A stretch of DNA of 64,000 bases. It comes from an uncultured Chloroflexia bacterium (GTDB lineage Bacteria > Chloroflexota > Limnocylindria > Limnocylindrales > CSP1-4). Positions 1 through 9,406 of this stretch are shown one piece after another (position 1 is the stretch's first letter; each line of letters begins with the position of its first letter). Made by a program: the position numbers and the translations under genes. The notes under the pieces were generated by a model that was not told where the DNA came from, ran no database searches, and worked only from the letters and a program-made list of their open reading frames with translations. The stretch lies in NCBI GenBank assembly GCA_963826225.1, contig CAWGWF010000001.1:462099-526098 (forward strand), read 5' to 3'.

Positions 1-364
1 GCTCGTCACCCCGGCCCAGGGGACGCGGCGAGTGTTCGACCAGGCCGTGGCCGCGGCGGGGCTGAAGTACCACGCCGTGGCCGAGGCGGAGCTGTCGGCC
101 GTGGCCCAGACGCTGGCGGCCGGCGGGGCGGGCGTCGCGATCGTGTCCGACGATGCCCGGTACGGGCTGCACTCGATGACCATCGATTCGGACGGGGCCA
201 CCCTGTCCATCCCCATCGTGGCCGCCTGGGAGGCGACCCACTTCGCGGCGCCGATGATCGAAGACTGGGCTCGTCGGCTGGCTGCCTTCACCGCGGCCCT
301 GTACCAGGCGTCCGACGATCCCGCGGCTCCTGCGGCCGGCGCCCCAACGACGACCGAGCTCTAG
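1..364 (+). CDS. LysR-family regulator, C-terminal (effector-binding) fragment; gene enters from upstream of the window
   Basis: The frame is open from nt 1 with no upstream stop. It shows a LysR C-terminal-like pattern (AVAEAELSAVAQTLAAGGAGVAIVSDDAR). Stop at 362-364. Confidence 0.5.
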   Translation, partial: LVTPAQGTRRVFDQAVAAAGLKYHAVAEAELSAVAQTLAAGGAGVAIVSDDARYGLHSMTIDSDGATLSIPIVAAWEATHFAAPMIEDWARRLAAFTAALYQASDDPAAPAAGAPTTTEL

Positions 365-373
365 AATCCCCAC

Positions 374-1054
374 GTGACAACCCTGAAGCGGACCCTGGAC
401 ATCGCCGCGCGGCGGGCGGTCGCGGCCCGGACGGAAGCCCTGTTCCGCGCCAGCGGCGCCCTTCGGGACGGGCACTTCGTGCTCAAGAGCGGCCGCCATT
501 CCGACGCGTACCTGGAGAAGTTCCAGGTCCTCCAGGAACCGGCGGCCACGAGCGAGCTGTGCGGGTTCTGGGCGGCCGCGCACCGGACCGTGGACGGCGT
601 GCCCACGGTGGACCTCGTCGCCGGGCCAACGACCGGCGGCGTGATCCTCGCCTTCGAGACGGCTCGCCAGCTGGGGACGCGGGCGATCTTCGCGGAGGAG
701 GTTGCCTCCGAGGGGCCGCCGCGTCGTGAGTTCCGCCGCGGGTTCTCGATCACCCCCGGCGAGAAGGTGCTGCTCGTGGACGACATCCTGACCACGGGCG
801 GCTCGCTGCTGGCGATGATCCCGGCGGTCGAGGCGGCGGGCGGCGAGATCGTGGAGTGCGCGGTGCTCGTGGACCGGTCCGCGGGCCGCGCGACGCTGAC
901 CTCGCCCGCGACCGGCCGCGTGTACCCGCTCCACGCGCTATGGCGCCTGGACCTGCCCACCTACGATCCCGGCGCGGACGCCTGCCCCCGGTGCGCGGCG
1001 GGCGAGCCGGCCGTCAAGCCCGGCAGCAGCGGCACGGGGATGGACCCGGCGTGA
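374..1054 (+). CDS. pyrE: orotate phosphoribosyltransferase
   Basis: GTG start. PRPP-binding loop VLLVDDILTTGGSL and a DGHFVLKSGRHSDAYLEKF block typical of OPRTase. Confidence 0.9.
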   Translation: MTTLKRTLDIAARRAVAARTEALFRASGALRDGHFVLKSGRHSDAYLEKFQVLQEPAATSELCGFWAAAHRTVDGVPTVDLVAGPTTGGVILAFETARQLGTRAIFAEEVASEGPPRREFRRGFSITPGEKVLLVDDILTTGGSLLAMIPAVEAAGGEIVECAVLVDRSAGRATLTSPATGRVYPLHALWRLDLPTYDPGADACPRCAAGEPAVKPGSSGTGMDPA

Positions 1055-1506
1055 GCCGCGCGACCGGGCTGCCGCGGCGCCTGCGGGTCGCGAACCGGAG
1101 GGCGATCCGGGTCCTGGTCGCGGCGGCGCTCGCCTCGGTCGTGGCCGGCTGCTCACCGGCTGCATCATCCGAACCCGGTCCCATCGCGACTGGGTCGATC
1201 GAAGCGCCCGCCAGCGGCAGCCCGGCGGCGCCATCGGTGACCCCCGCGACGCCGTTGCCCCCTGCGTCGCCGGTGGAGGGCGTCCTGATCGACATCGACA
1301 GCGCCGGCCTGGCCGACGTGGACGGCTTCACCCTCCGGCTTGGGGACGGGCGCACCGTCGCATTCCGCGTGGGCATCCTGGAGAACGGCGACGAGTTCCC
1401 GGTGGGCCACCTCGCCGAGCACCTCGCGACGTCGGCGCCGGTCCGGGTGTTCTTCCGGCCCGAGGGGCAGGACCTCGTCGTGTACCGCGTCGAGGACGCC
1501 GGGTAG
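1051..1506 (+). CDS. lipoprotein, unknown function
   Basis: GTG start overlaps the pyrE stop (GTGA). Signal peptide plus lipobox (LASVVAGCS), then a low-complexity P/A/S linker and a ~90 aa globular C-terminus. The upstream part of track ORF 856..1506 overlaps pyrE and is rejected. Confidence 0.55.
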   Translation: MSRATGLPRRLRVANRRAIRVLVAAALASVVAGCSPAASSEPGPIATGSIEAPASGSPAAPSVTPATPLPPASPVEGVLIDIDSAGLADVDGFTLRLGDGRTVAFRVGILENGDEFPVGHLAEHLATSAPVRVFFRPEGQDLVVYRVEDAG

Positions 1507-1534
1507 GCTCGGCTCGCGGGAGGACGGCTCCCCG

Positions 1535-2476
1535 TCAGGAGCCGGCGATGTCCGCGATCGCCTGCGTCAGCTCGGTCTCGGCGAGCACGCCCTCGAACGA
1601 GCCCTTGACGACCCCGTCTGCGCCCACCGTGAACACCCAGGGCTCGGACAGCAGGCCCCACTCGGAGACCGCCGGCACGGGCTGGAGCTGGCCGTTCGCG
1701 TCCAGCACCGGCTGCAGCCGCCCCTCGGTCATCTCCAGCCGGTACGGTTCCACGTTGATGAACGCGACCGACGGCGGCGCGGACTTGGACACCGCCTTCA
1801 CCTTGTCCAGCGTTGGCCCGCACTGCGCGGTCTGGCAGAACGACGGAGTCGCGAACACCAGCACGAACGGGCGGCCGGCGGCCAGCGCGTCCGCGACCGA
1901 CAGCTGGTAGAAGGCAGGGTCCGGTGAGGCATCGGTGGACAGCTTCGCCAGGTCCCAGGCCACGTCGTCGCCGGTGGGCGTGTCGGAGGCGGGCGCCTTG
2001 GCCCCCACCGGGACCGTCGTCCCTGTCTCCCGCACCTGGAACCCCACCCCGATCGCCTCCTGCGGCGTGCCCGGTGCCTCGGTCAGGAACACCGCGCGCC
2101 AGTCCCCGGCGGCCGGGAAGTCCACGTTCGCGACGTAGACGCCCCGCGATCCCTCGATCGCCCACGTGAACTCGGCGGGTGTCGCGGGGCCGGGCTCCGT
2201 CTCGCCGGGCGCGATGAGCGCCACCGCGGCCGCCCGGTCCGGAGTGGCCGCCGGCAGGTTCGTCTCCGGGTCCAGGAACGAGAACACGAAGCGATTGGGG
2301 CCGACGACCTGCTGGGAGCTGACGATGACCGGGATCACCGAGGTGTCTGCCGGGCCGCTTGCGACGGGCGCGGCGCTGGCCGCCTGGCCGGCGGGGGTGC
2401 CGCCGCACGCAGCCACGACGAGCGCAACGACGAGAACCACGATGGGGAACGCGGTGTGGGCGATCGATCGACGCAT
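1535..2476 (-). CDS. thioredoxin-like / SCO-TlpA-like lipoprotein (tentative)
   Basis: An internal ATG at 2476 gives MRRSIAHTAFPIVVLVVALVVAACGG (signal plus lipobox). FATPSFCQTAQCGPT resembles a thiol-disulfide or Cu-chaperone motif. Divergent from the ctaA-ctaB fusion. The upstream 91 codons of the track ORF have junk composition. Confidence 0.5.
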   Translation of the reverse strand: MRRSIAHTAFPIVVLVVALVVAACGGTPAGQAASAAPVASGPADTSVIPVIVSSQQVVGPNRFVFSFLDPETNLPAATPDRAAAVALIAPGETEPGPATPAEFTWAIEGSRGVYVANVDFPAAGDWRAVFLTEAPGTPQEAIGVGFQVRETGTTVPVGAKAPASDTPTGDDVAWDLAKLSTDASPDPAFYQLSVADALAAGRPFVLVFATPSFCQTAQCGPTLDKVKAVSKSAPPSVAFINVEPYRLEMTEGRLQPVLDANGQLQPVPAVSEWGLLSEPWVFTVGADGVVKGSFEGVLAETELTQAIADIAGS

Positions 2477-2654
2477 GGCAGCGGGATCGTAGCCGGGGTC
2501 CGCCGATGGCGCCGCCGGCCGGTTGGCCGCGCCGCTTGCCGCGCCGCCGGACGGCTTGCCGCGTGGTCGGACGGCTTGCCGCGTAGAATGACCGGCGCGC
2601 CGCGCCGTCCCGCGCCGCCGCGCCCGCTCCGCGCTCGAGGTCCATCGCCCAGCC

Positions 2655-4565
2655 GTGACCCGGTACCAGAAGCTCGCCATCGCCACGGTCGCGACGACCG
2701 TGCTGCTCGTGACGATCGGCGTGATCGTGCGGGCCACCGGATCCGGCATGGGCTGCCCGGACTGGCCCCTGTGCTACGGGCAGTTGGTCCCGCCGCTGGA
2801 CGACTACAAGGCGTGGCTGGAGTGGATCCACCGCACCGTGGCGGCGGTCATCGGATTCGAGATCCTGGGCCTTGCCCTGCTCGCCATCCTGGACCATCGC
2901 GACCGCCGCTCGATCCTGTGGCCGACGCTGGCGGCGGTGGTGCTGGTGGGCTTCCAGGCCTGGCTGGGCCGCGAGACCGTGCGCCTCAACAACAGCGGCG
3001 AATCGGTGACGGCGCACCTGGCCGCGGCGATGGCGCTGCTGGGGCTGCTGGTGTACGTCCTGGTCCGCAGCTTCTACCCGGCGCGGATCGAGGGGCGGGG
3101 AACCAGCCAGCGGTTCACGCTACTGGCGGCGTTCACGGCCGCGACCACCTTCGCCCTGCTCCTGTTCGGCTCCAACGTGACCGCGCTCAACGCCGCGCTC
3201 GTGTTCCCGGACTGGCCGCTGATGAACGGCACGCTCCTGCCGGTGGGACCGGACACGGCGGCCGTCGCGCGACCGCTCTACGAGGCGCACGCGCTGCACC
3301 GGTACGTGGCCGGGGTCGTGCTGCTGTTCATCTGGGGGACCGCGTACGCCGCATGGCGGACGCAACGCTCACGGCCGGTGCTGGTACGCCTGGCGCTGGT
3401 CAACGCGGTGCTGTACCCGGTCCAGGTGGTGATCGGCGGGCTCCAGGTGATCACCCGGCTGGACGAGTGGACGCAGACGCTCCACCTGGCGGTCGGCGCG
3501 GTGATCTGGGGCGTGGCGCTCGCCGTCGCGGTCATCGCGTACTACGAGTCCCGCTCGGCACGGCCGGCCGTGCCGGCGCCCGGGGGTGGTGCCGCGGGGC
3601 AGGATGGGGTCGCCGGATCCGGGGGCGATCCGGCCGCGGGAGGCGGTGAGCGGCGGACCTCCGACACCATCAAGGCGTACGTGGCGCTGACCAAGCCCCG
3701 GATCATCGAGCTGCTGCTGATCACGACCATCCCGGCCATGGTCCTCGCGACCCGTGACCTCCCGTCGATGGAACTGGCCGAGTGGTTCCGGCTCGCGTTC
3801 TGGACGATGGTGGGCGGCTCGCTGGCGGCGGGCTCCGCCAACGCGATCAACCAGTACCTGGACCGGGACATCGACCTGCTGATGAGCCGCACCCGGCGCC
3901 GGCCCCTGCCCGCGCACGACGTGTCACCGGAGAACGCCGTGGTGTTCGGAATCGTGCTGGGCGTGATCTCGATCGCGCTGATGGCCTGGTTCGTCAACCT
4001 CGTGGCGGCATTCCTCACGCTGCTGGCGATTGCGTTCTACGTCGTCGTGTACACGATCCTGCTCAAGCGCACCACCCCCCAGAACATCGTCATCGGCGGC
4101 GCGGCCGGGGCCCTGCCGCCGGTCATCGGCTGGGCCGCCGTGACCGGCACGGTGGAGATCCCGGCGCTCCTCCTGTTCGCGCTGGTGTTCTACTGGACGC
4201 CGCCCCACTTCTGGGCGCTGGCGCTGCGCATCCGTCGCGACTACGAGGCGGCCCGGGTGCCGATGCTGCCGGTGGTGAAGGGCGTGCCCGAGACCGCGCG
4301 CCAGATCGCCCTGTACACGATCGTGATGGTGGCCATCAGCCTCATGCTGTTCGCGGTCGCCGAGATGGGTCTGCTGTACCTGGTGGCGGCGGTTGTGCTG
4401 GGCGCGATCTTCCTGTGGCGGGCGTTCACGCTGTGGCGCGAAGCCGCGTCGCCCGAGGGCTCGCTGGCACAGGCGATCCGCCTGTACAAGTTCTCGATCA
4501 GCTACCTGACGCTGCTGTTTGCCGCCGTCGCCGTGGACAGCCTGATCGTGGGGCGTGTCGCGTGA
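2655..4565 (+). CDS. ctaAB: fused heme A synthase (CtaA/COX15) and protoheme IX farnesyltransferase (CtaB, heme O synthase)
   Basis: The N-terminal half has the GCPDWPLCYG motif and conserved His-bearing TM helices of heme A synthase. The C-terminal half has the UbiA-type prenyltransferase motifs of CtaB (NQYLDRDIDLLMSRTRRRPLP, YWTPPHFWALA). Confidence 0.9.
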   Translation: MTRYQKLAIATVATTVLLVTIGVIVRATGSGMGCPDWPLCYGQLVPPLDDYKAWLEWIHRTVAAVIGFEILGLALLAILDHRDRRSILWPTLAAVVLVGFQAWLGRETVRLNNSGESVTAHLAAAMALLGLLVYVLVRSFYPARIEGRGTSQRFTLLAAFTAATTFALLLFGSNVTALNAALVFPDWPLMNGTLLPVGPDTAAVARPLYEAHALHRYVAGVVLLFIWGTAYAAWRTQRSRPVLVRLALVNAVLYPVQVVIGGLQVITRLDEWTQTLHLAVGAVIWGVALAVAVIAYYESRSARPAVPAPGGGAAGQDGVAGSGGDPAAGGGERRTSDTIKAYVALTKPRIIELLLITTIPAMVLATRDLPSMELAEWFRLAFWTMVGGSLAAGSANAINQYLDRDIDLLMSRTRRRPLPAHDVSPENAVVFGIVLGVISIALMAWFVNLVAAFLTLLAIAFYVVVYTILLKRTTPQNIVIGGAAGALPPVIGWAAVTGTVEIPALLLFALVFYWTPPHFWALALRIRRDYEAARVPMLPVVKGVPETARQIALYTIVMVAISLMLFAVAEMGLLYLVAAVVLGAIFLWRAFTLWREAASPEGSLAQAIRLYKFSISYLTLLFAAVAVDSLIVGRVA

Positions 4566-5152
4566 GCTTCCCGCCGACGGGGACGGCGGTGATCCGCGCG
4601 GCGCTCGCGGTCACGCTCGCGGTGGGAACGCTGCTCGGGACGGCAGCAGCGCCCCGGCCCGTCGCCGCATCGTGCGCCCCCACCGTCTCCCTGGAGGAGG
4701 CGCTCCTGTTCGCGGACACCGTGTTCGTCGGCTCGGTGACGCAGCTTGCGAACAACAACCGGTGGGCGACCGTCCGCGTCGAGGAGCGCTGGACGGGCGC
4801 CCGTGATCTCGGGGACACCGTCCAGGTCCGCGGCGGTCCCGAACCCGGCACGGCCAGCTCCGTGGACCGCGTGTTCGCGCCCGGTCGCTACCTGTTCGTG
4901 GTGACGCGCGGCCCGGGCTACCTCGAGGACAACGGCTGCTCCGCGACGACGCCCTGGAGCGACGACCTCGCCGCGCTGCGCCCGGCCGGGGTCACCGCGG
5001 CCACGGACGTCGTGACGGGGACCCAGGTGACCGAGCTCGACCTGGGCCCGCTGTTCCCGATCGCTGCCCTGGCGCTCGCGCTGATCGTGGCGGTGATCGC
5101 GTATCTCGTGGTGCTGCGCGCCCGGAACCGGCCCCCCGACTGGTTCCGGTAG
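4562..5152 (+). CDS. membrane-anchored protein of unknown function
   Basis: GTG start overlaps the ctaAB stop. N-terminal signal or TM segment, C-terminal TM (PLFPIAALALALIVAVIAYLVVL), one Cys pair. Coding-like composition. Confidence 0.5.
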   Translation: MSFPPTGTAVIRAALAVTLAVGTLLGTAAAPRPVAASCAPTVSLEEALLFADTVFVGSVTQLANNNRWATVRVEERWTGARDLGDTVQVRGGPEPGTASSVDRVFAPGRYLFVVTRGPGYLEDNGCSATTPWSDDLAALRPAGVTAATDVVTGTQVTELDLGPLFPIAALALALIVAVIAYLVVLRARNRPPDWFR

Positions 5153-5158
5153 CCCCGC

Positions 5159-5872
5159 CTACTCGCCGAGGGTGCCACGCGCCCCGAGCACCGCGCGCCG
5201 GCGGCGCGAGACCCGGCCCTCGCGATCGAACAGCCGCAGCGCGACCTGGACGAGCGGCCCGATCGCGAGCGCGAACACGACGGTCCCGAGCCCCACCGTC
5301 CCGCCCGCCAGGAAGCCCAGGACCATCACTGCCACCTCGATCCCCGTGCGGGCGCGCCGGATCGACCAGCCGAAGCGGAGGTGGAGTCCGGTCATCAGCC
5401 CGTCCCGCGGCCCCGGCCCCAGGTCGGACGCCAGGTAGAGACCCGAACCGATCGCGATGATCACGACACCCGCCAGCATCATCGCGAGCTGTGCCGGCAG
5501 GCCGGCGGCTGCGGAGAGGGCGCCCATCGCGACGTTGGTGGCGGTGCCGATGAGCGCGATGTTGAGCAGGGTGCCGATGCCCGGCCGCTCTCCGAGGGGC
5601 CACCAGGCGGCGAGGACCGGGATGCCGACCAGGATGCTGACGGTGCCCAGCTGGAGGCCGGTGAGCCGGGCGATGCCCTGGTGGAACACCTCCCACGGAC
5701 CCAGGCCCATGCCCGCCTCGGCCATCAGCGCGATGCCGAACCCGAACAGCACGAGGCCCGCCACAAGTCCCGGGAGCCGCGGCAGGAACACCTTCGGCGA
5801 CCAGCGTGAGTCGGGGACGATGGGCAGGGCGCCCCCCGCGGTCGGGCCGGCGTCAGGGGCGGTGTCGGGCAT
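5159..5872 (-). CDS. YczE/YitT-like integral membrane protein
   Basis: An internal ATG at 5872 starts MPDTAPDAG. GLGPWEVFHQGIARLTG and PGIGTLLNIALIGT blocks resemble the YczE/YyaS family. The upstream 200 codons of the track ORF are R/P/S-rich junk. Confidence 0.65.
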   Translation of the reverse strand: MPDTAPDAGPTAGGALPIVPDSRWSPKVFLPRLPGLVAGLVLFGFGIALMAEAGMGLGPWEVFHQGIARLTGLQLGTVSILVGIPVLAAWWPLGERPGIGTLLNIALIGTATNVAMGALSAAAGLPAQLAMMLAGVVIIAIGSGLYLASDLGPGPRDGLMTGLHLRFGWSIRRARTGIEVAVMVLGFLAGGTVGLGTVVFALAIGPLVQVALRLFDREGRVSRRRRAVLGARGTLGE

Positions 5873-6065
5873 CGGCGCATGGTACCGGCGCCGGATCGTG
5901 CAACGCGGTCGACGGCACCGGCCATCCGCTGGAGCCGCTGACCGTCGCCGGCGTCGCGGGGGCCGACCTGGCGATCGACTGCGCCCCCAACGCCGTCCAC
6001 CCCGAGCTCGCAAGGCTCGACGACATCCTGGGCTCCACCGGGAGGCGGCCCTGGCGAGCTGAACC

Positions 6066-7703
6066 TCAGGCGGCGGCGCCGGCCCGGGTGATCTCGCGCA
6101 GCAGCGCGCCCGCATCCGGCGCCCGCCCCAGCACGCCATGCAGGACCTCGCCCGCCGAGCGCTCCAACCCGAACCGGTAGATCCGCTCCGACACCCACGC
6201 GTACCAGCCGGGGTCACCGCCGGACCAGTCACCGCGCGCCGCCCGGATCGCGGCCCGCAGGTCCGCCGCCAGCACGGCCCCGATCGCATAGTTGGCCATG
6301 TAGCCGGGCTCCTGCACCAGCTGGCCGCGCATCGCCCACCAGGCCCACTCCGGGTGCGGCGCGAGCCCCAGGTACTCCGACGTGATCTCCGTCCAGGCGT
6401 CGTTGGGGCGGCGGTCGGGGTCGGCATGGAGGCGCATCTCGAGCAGGGCGAGCGCCGCGTCCAGGGCGACATCCGCGTACCGGCAGCGCAGCGCCACGGA
6501 CTCCGGGACCGCCGGCGCGTCCGGCAGCCAGCGTCGCAGCCAGGCAGGCTCGGCCGTGTCCAGCGAGACCAGCTCCGCCAGCGCCTCGGTGAGCGCGTCC
6601 GAGTCCGGCCAGTCCGCGAATGCCGGCCGCGTTCGGACGGCGGCGATGTGGATCGCGTGCCCGGTTTCGTGGACCAGCTCCGTCAGCTCGCCGAGGCCGC
6701 CCTCCGTGTAGCTCGCCAGGACGGTGGGCCGGCCTCGGTCCCAGCTTCCGTCCGGGCGCTCGTGGGGGCGGGCGCCGAACGTGGTGAACGCGACGGCCAC
6801 GGGCGGGCGAACCCGGCGCGGGGTGATGTCCAGGCGGACCCCAAGCGCGTCGAGGTCCGCGCCCAGGGCGAGGTGGAGCGCGCGGTTCAGGGACAGGACC
6901 CGGTCCAGCGGAAGCGACGCCCCGAGCGCCCGGTCCGCCTCTCCCGCTCGCCACCACCAGTCCCAGGGCTCGACCGGGGGTTCGCCGCGTGCGCGAGCCG
7001 GGACCACCACCGCGTCCCGCCAGGCCGCCAGCGTGCCCTCGGCCCAGCCCTCGATCGTCGCCGCGGTCACGCCCAGGGCGTCGGCGTTGGCCGCGATCGG
7101 CGAGCGCCCCGCCGACCAGCGGGCGGCGGACTCGCGGAGGAGTGCGCGGTAGGGGGACGGCCCGGTGCCGTCGCCGTCCACGACGTGCCACATCGGCTCC
7201 AGCGCGCGGAACAGGCGGCGGCGGGCGTCCGGATCCGGCTCCGTGGCGAGCCGCTCCAGGACCTGGAGGCGCCGCAGCCGCTCGCCGCCGACCCGGATCG
7301 CGCTCGACGTCGCCGAGTAGCAGCCCTCGAGCCGTTGCTGGAGGATGTCACCGCCCGCCTCGATCACCGCCGCCCATGCCCTGGCGTCGTGGCACGACGC
7401 CGGATCGACGTCCGGCGCCACCAGGTGGACGCCGCCCGGGCCAAGGGCGACCTCGATGCCGGCCTGGATCGCCGCCAGTGCGCGCCGGTCATCCCCGGCC
7501 AGCGTGTCCGCCCCGGCCCCGGCCCCCGCGCCGAAGGCCGCCAACGCCTCGCGGACCGCCGCCTCCGTCACCGCTGCCTCGGCCTCGAGGGCTCGCGTGG
7601 TGCCCGGGTCCCCGGTCGCGCGCGCCACGTCCAGGCGGTCGCGCGCGTCGCGCGCTGCGAGGTACGCCGCCTCCACGGCATCGAGGGTGTCGGGATGGCT
7701 CAC
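6066..7703 (-). CDS. putative zinc metallopeptidase (HExxH; M2/M3-like fold suspected)
   Basis: 545 aa with coding composition and an HETGHAIH zinc-binding-type motif. No signal peptide seen. Confidence 0.5.
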   Translation of the reverse strand: MSHPDTLDAVEAAYLAARDARDRLDVARATGDPGTTRALEAEAAVTEAAVREALAAFGAGAGAGADTLAGDDRRALAAIQAGIEVALGPGGVHLVAPDVDPASCHDARAWAAVIEAGGDILQQRLEGCYSATSSAIRVGGERLRRLQVLERLATEPDPDARRRLFRALEPMWHVVDGDGTGPSPYRALLRESAARWSAGRSPIAANADALGVTAATIEGWAEGTLAAWRDAVVVPARARGEPPVEPWDWWWRAGEADRALGASLPLDRVLSLNRALHLALGADLDALGVRLDITPRRVRPPVAVAFTTFGARPHERPDGSWDRGRPTVLASYTEGGLGELTELVHETGHAIHIAAVRTRPAFADWPDSDALTEALAELVSLDTAEPAWLRRWLPDAPAVPESVALRCRYADVALDAALALLEMRLHADPDRRPNDAWTEITSEYLGLAPHPEWAWWAMRGQLVQEPGYMANYAIGAVLAADLRAAIRAARGDWSGGDPGWYAWVSERIYRFGLERSAGEVLHGVLGRAPDAGALLREITRAGAAA

Positions 7704-7758
7704 CCGGCCATGCTGCCACGGCCCCGACGGCGGTGCCCGCCTGTGTCACGATCCGACG

Positions 7759-9315
7759 ATGGAGCTGACCTTCCTCGGCGGGGCGCGGACGGTGACCGGT
7801 TCGCGCCACCTGGTGGACACGGGCCGGGCCCGCATCCTCGTGGACTGCGGCATGTTCCAGGGCGGGCCGGACGAGTCGATGCGCAACCGGGTCCCGCTCG
7901 GGTTCGACCCCCGGACCCTGGACGCCGTCGTCCTCACCCACGCCCACCTCGACCACTGCGGCCTGTTGCCGCTGCTGGTCCACGAGGGGTTCCGCGGCCC
8001 GGTCCTGTGCACGGCGGCCACCGCGGAGCTGGCCCGGCTGGTGCTGCTGGACTCGGCCAAGCTTCAGGTCGAGTTCGCGAAGCGGGCGGCGCGCCGGGAC
8101 CGCCGGGACCCGGAGCGGGCGGCGCAGGACGACCTCCGGGACGAGCGCACCTTCGACGACGTCCTGGACCTGGCGGTGGAGGGGGCCGAGAGCCCGGGCG
8201 GCGCCGACCCGGAGGACCTGCTGCGCGGGGCTCCGCCGGAGGTGGAGCTCGACTTCGCCGCTCCGCTGTACACGGAGGACGACGCCTACGCCGCCCTGGC
8301 GATGCTGCGCACGATCCCGTACGACGCGGAGCGTGAGGCGGCGGCCGGCGTCCACGTCACGTTCCTGGATGCGGGCCACATCCTGGGCTCGGCCATCGTC
8401 CGGATGCGGATCGCCCGTCCGGGCGGCGGCCGGGACACGGTCGTCGTGTTCTCCGGGGACCTGGGCCGGCCGCACACCCCGATCCTGCGCGACCCGACGG
8501 CCGTGGAGGCCGCCGATTTCGTCCTCTGCGAGTCCACCTACGGCGGCCGGGAGCACGAGCCGGCCGAGCAGGCCGTCGAGACCCTGGCATCCGTCGTCAG
8601 GGAGACTGCCGGCCGCAACGGCGTGCTGCTGATCCCGTCGTTCGCCGTCGGGCGGACCCAGGAGATCGTGTGGGAGCTGGACCGGCTGGTGACGGCCGGG
8701 CGGATCCCGGACCTGCCGCTGTACCTGGACTCGCCGATGGCGTCCGCCGCCTCGGACGTCTACCGCGCCCACCCCGAAGCCTACGACGAGGAGACGGCGA
8801 GGCTCCTGCGAGAGCACGAGTCGCCGCTGGACTACCCCGGCCAGCACGTGACGCGGAACGTCCAGGAGTCGGAGCGGATCGCCCGGGCCGCACCCCCGTA
8901 CATCGTGGTGGCCTCCAACGGGATGCTCACCGGCGGGCGGTCCGTGCGCCACGCGGAGCGGCTCCTGCCGGACCCGTCGGCCACGGTCCTGTTCGTGGGC
9001 TACCAGGGCGAGGGGACCCTCGGCGGGCACCTGGTCCGGGGCGGCGACACGGCGCGGATCAACGGCCGCCAGCTCCAGGTCCGGGCCACGATCCGGACGC
9101 TTGACGGATTCTCCGCCCACGCCGACGAGCCGGAGCTGCTCGCCTGGCTGGGCAACTTCATCCGCGGCCGCCGGCCGGGCGATCCCGGGGTGCCGAAGCG
9201 GGTGTTCCTGGTCCACGGCGATCCGCCCGCGCAGGAGGCGCTCGCCCCGGGGGTGGCCGCCCTGGGGCTGGATCCGCGGGTGCCGAGCTGGTACGAGACG
9301 GTCTCGTTGGATTGA
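7759..9315 (+). CDS. MBL-fold beta-CASP family hydrolase (RNA-metabolising metallo-beta-lactamase)
   Basis: MELTFLGGARTVTGSRHL N-terminus, HAHLDHCG motif and later beta-CASP motifs. Confidence 0.8.
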   Translation: MELTFLGGARTVTGSRHLVDTGRARILVDCGMFQGGPDESMRNRVPLGFDPRTLDAVVLTHAHLDHCGLLPLLVHEGFRGPVLCTAATAELARLVLLDSAKLQVEFAKRAARRDRRDPERAAQDDLRDERTFDDVLDLAVEGAESPGGADPEDLLRGAPPEVELDFAAPLYTEDDAYAALAMLRTIPYDAEREAAAGVHVTFLDAGHILGSAIVRMRIARPGGGRDTVVVFSGDLGRPHTPILRDPTAVEAADFVLCESTYGGREHEPAEQAVETLASVVRETAGRNGVLLIPSFAVGRTQEIVWELDRLVTAGRIPDLPLYLDSPMASAASDVYRAHPEAYDEETARLLREHESPLDYPGQHVTRNVQESERIARAAPPYIVVASNGMLTGGRSVRHAERLLPDPSATVLFVGYQGEGTLGGHLVRGGDTARINGRQLQVRATIRTLDGFSAHADEPELLAWLGNFIRGRRPGDPGVPKRVFLVHGDPPAQEALAPGVAALGLDPRVPSWYETVSLD

Positions 9316-9406
9316 CCGTCGGTCGGTCGCGGCCGCCGGGCGTCCCGACGGGCCAGCGACCCGGAGATCCTCGACGAGCGCCGCACCGCGCCGGGTAGCC
9401 GGATGG

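Noticed and set aside
1014-3017. 667-aa minus-strand ORF across pyrE, the lipoprotein and the thioredoxin-like gene
   Set aside because: Arg/Gly-rich artefact antisense to pyrE and in an alternate frame to the thioredoxin-like gene.
7345-7758. N-terminal 138 codons of track ORF 7345..9315
   Set aside because: S/A/R-rich low-complexity sequence overlapping the peptidase gene on the opposite strand. The MBL-fold protein begins cleanly at MELTFLGG (7759).
9316-9406. Convergent-gene terminator between the MBL-fold gene and the MFS-cNMP gene
   Set aside because: The spacer has GC-rich partial palindromes (GACCGTCGGTCGGTC) but no clean stem-loop with a U-tract. Intrinsic terminators are unreliable by eye in 72% GC DNA.
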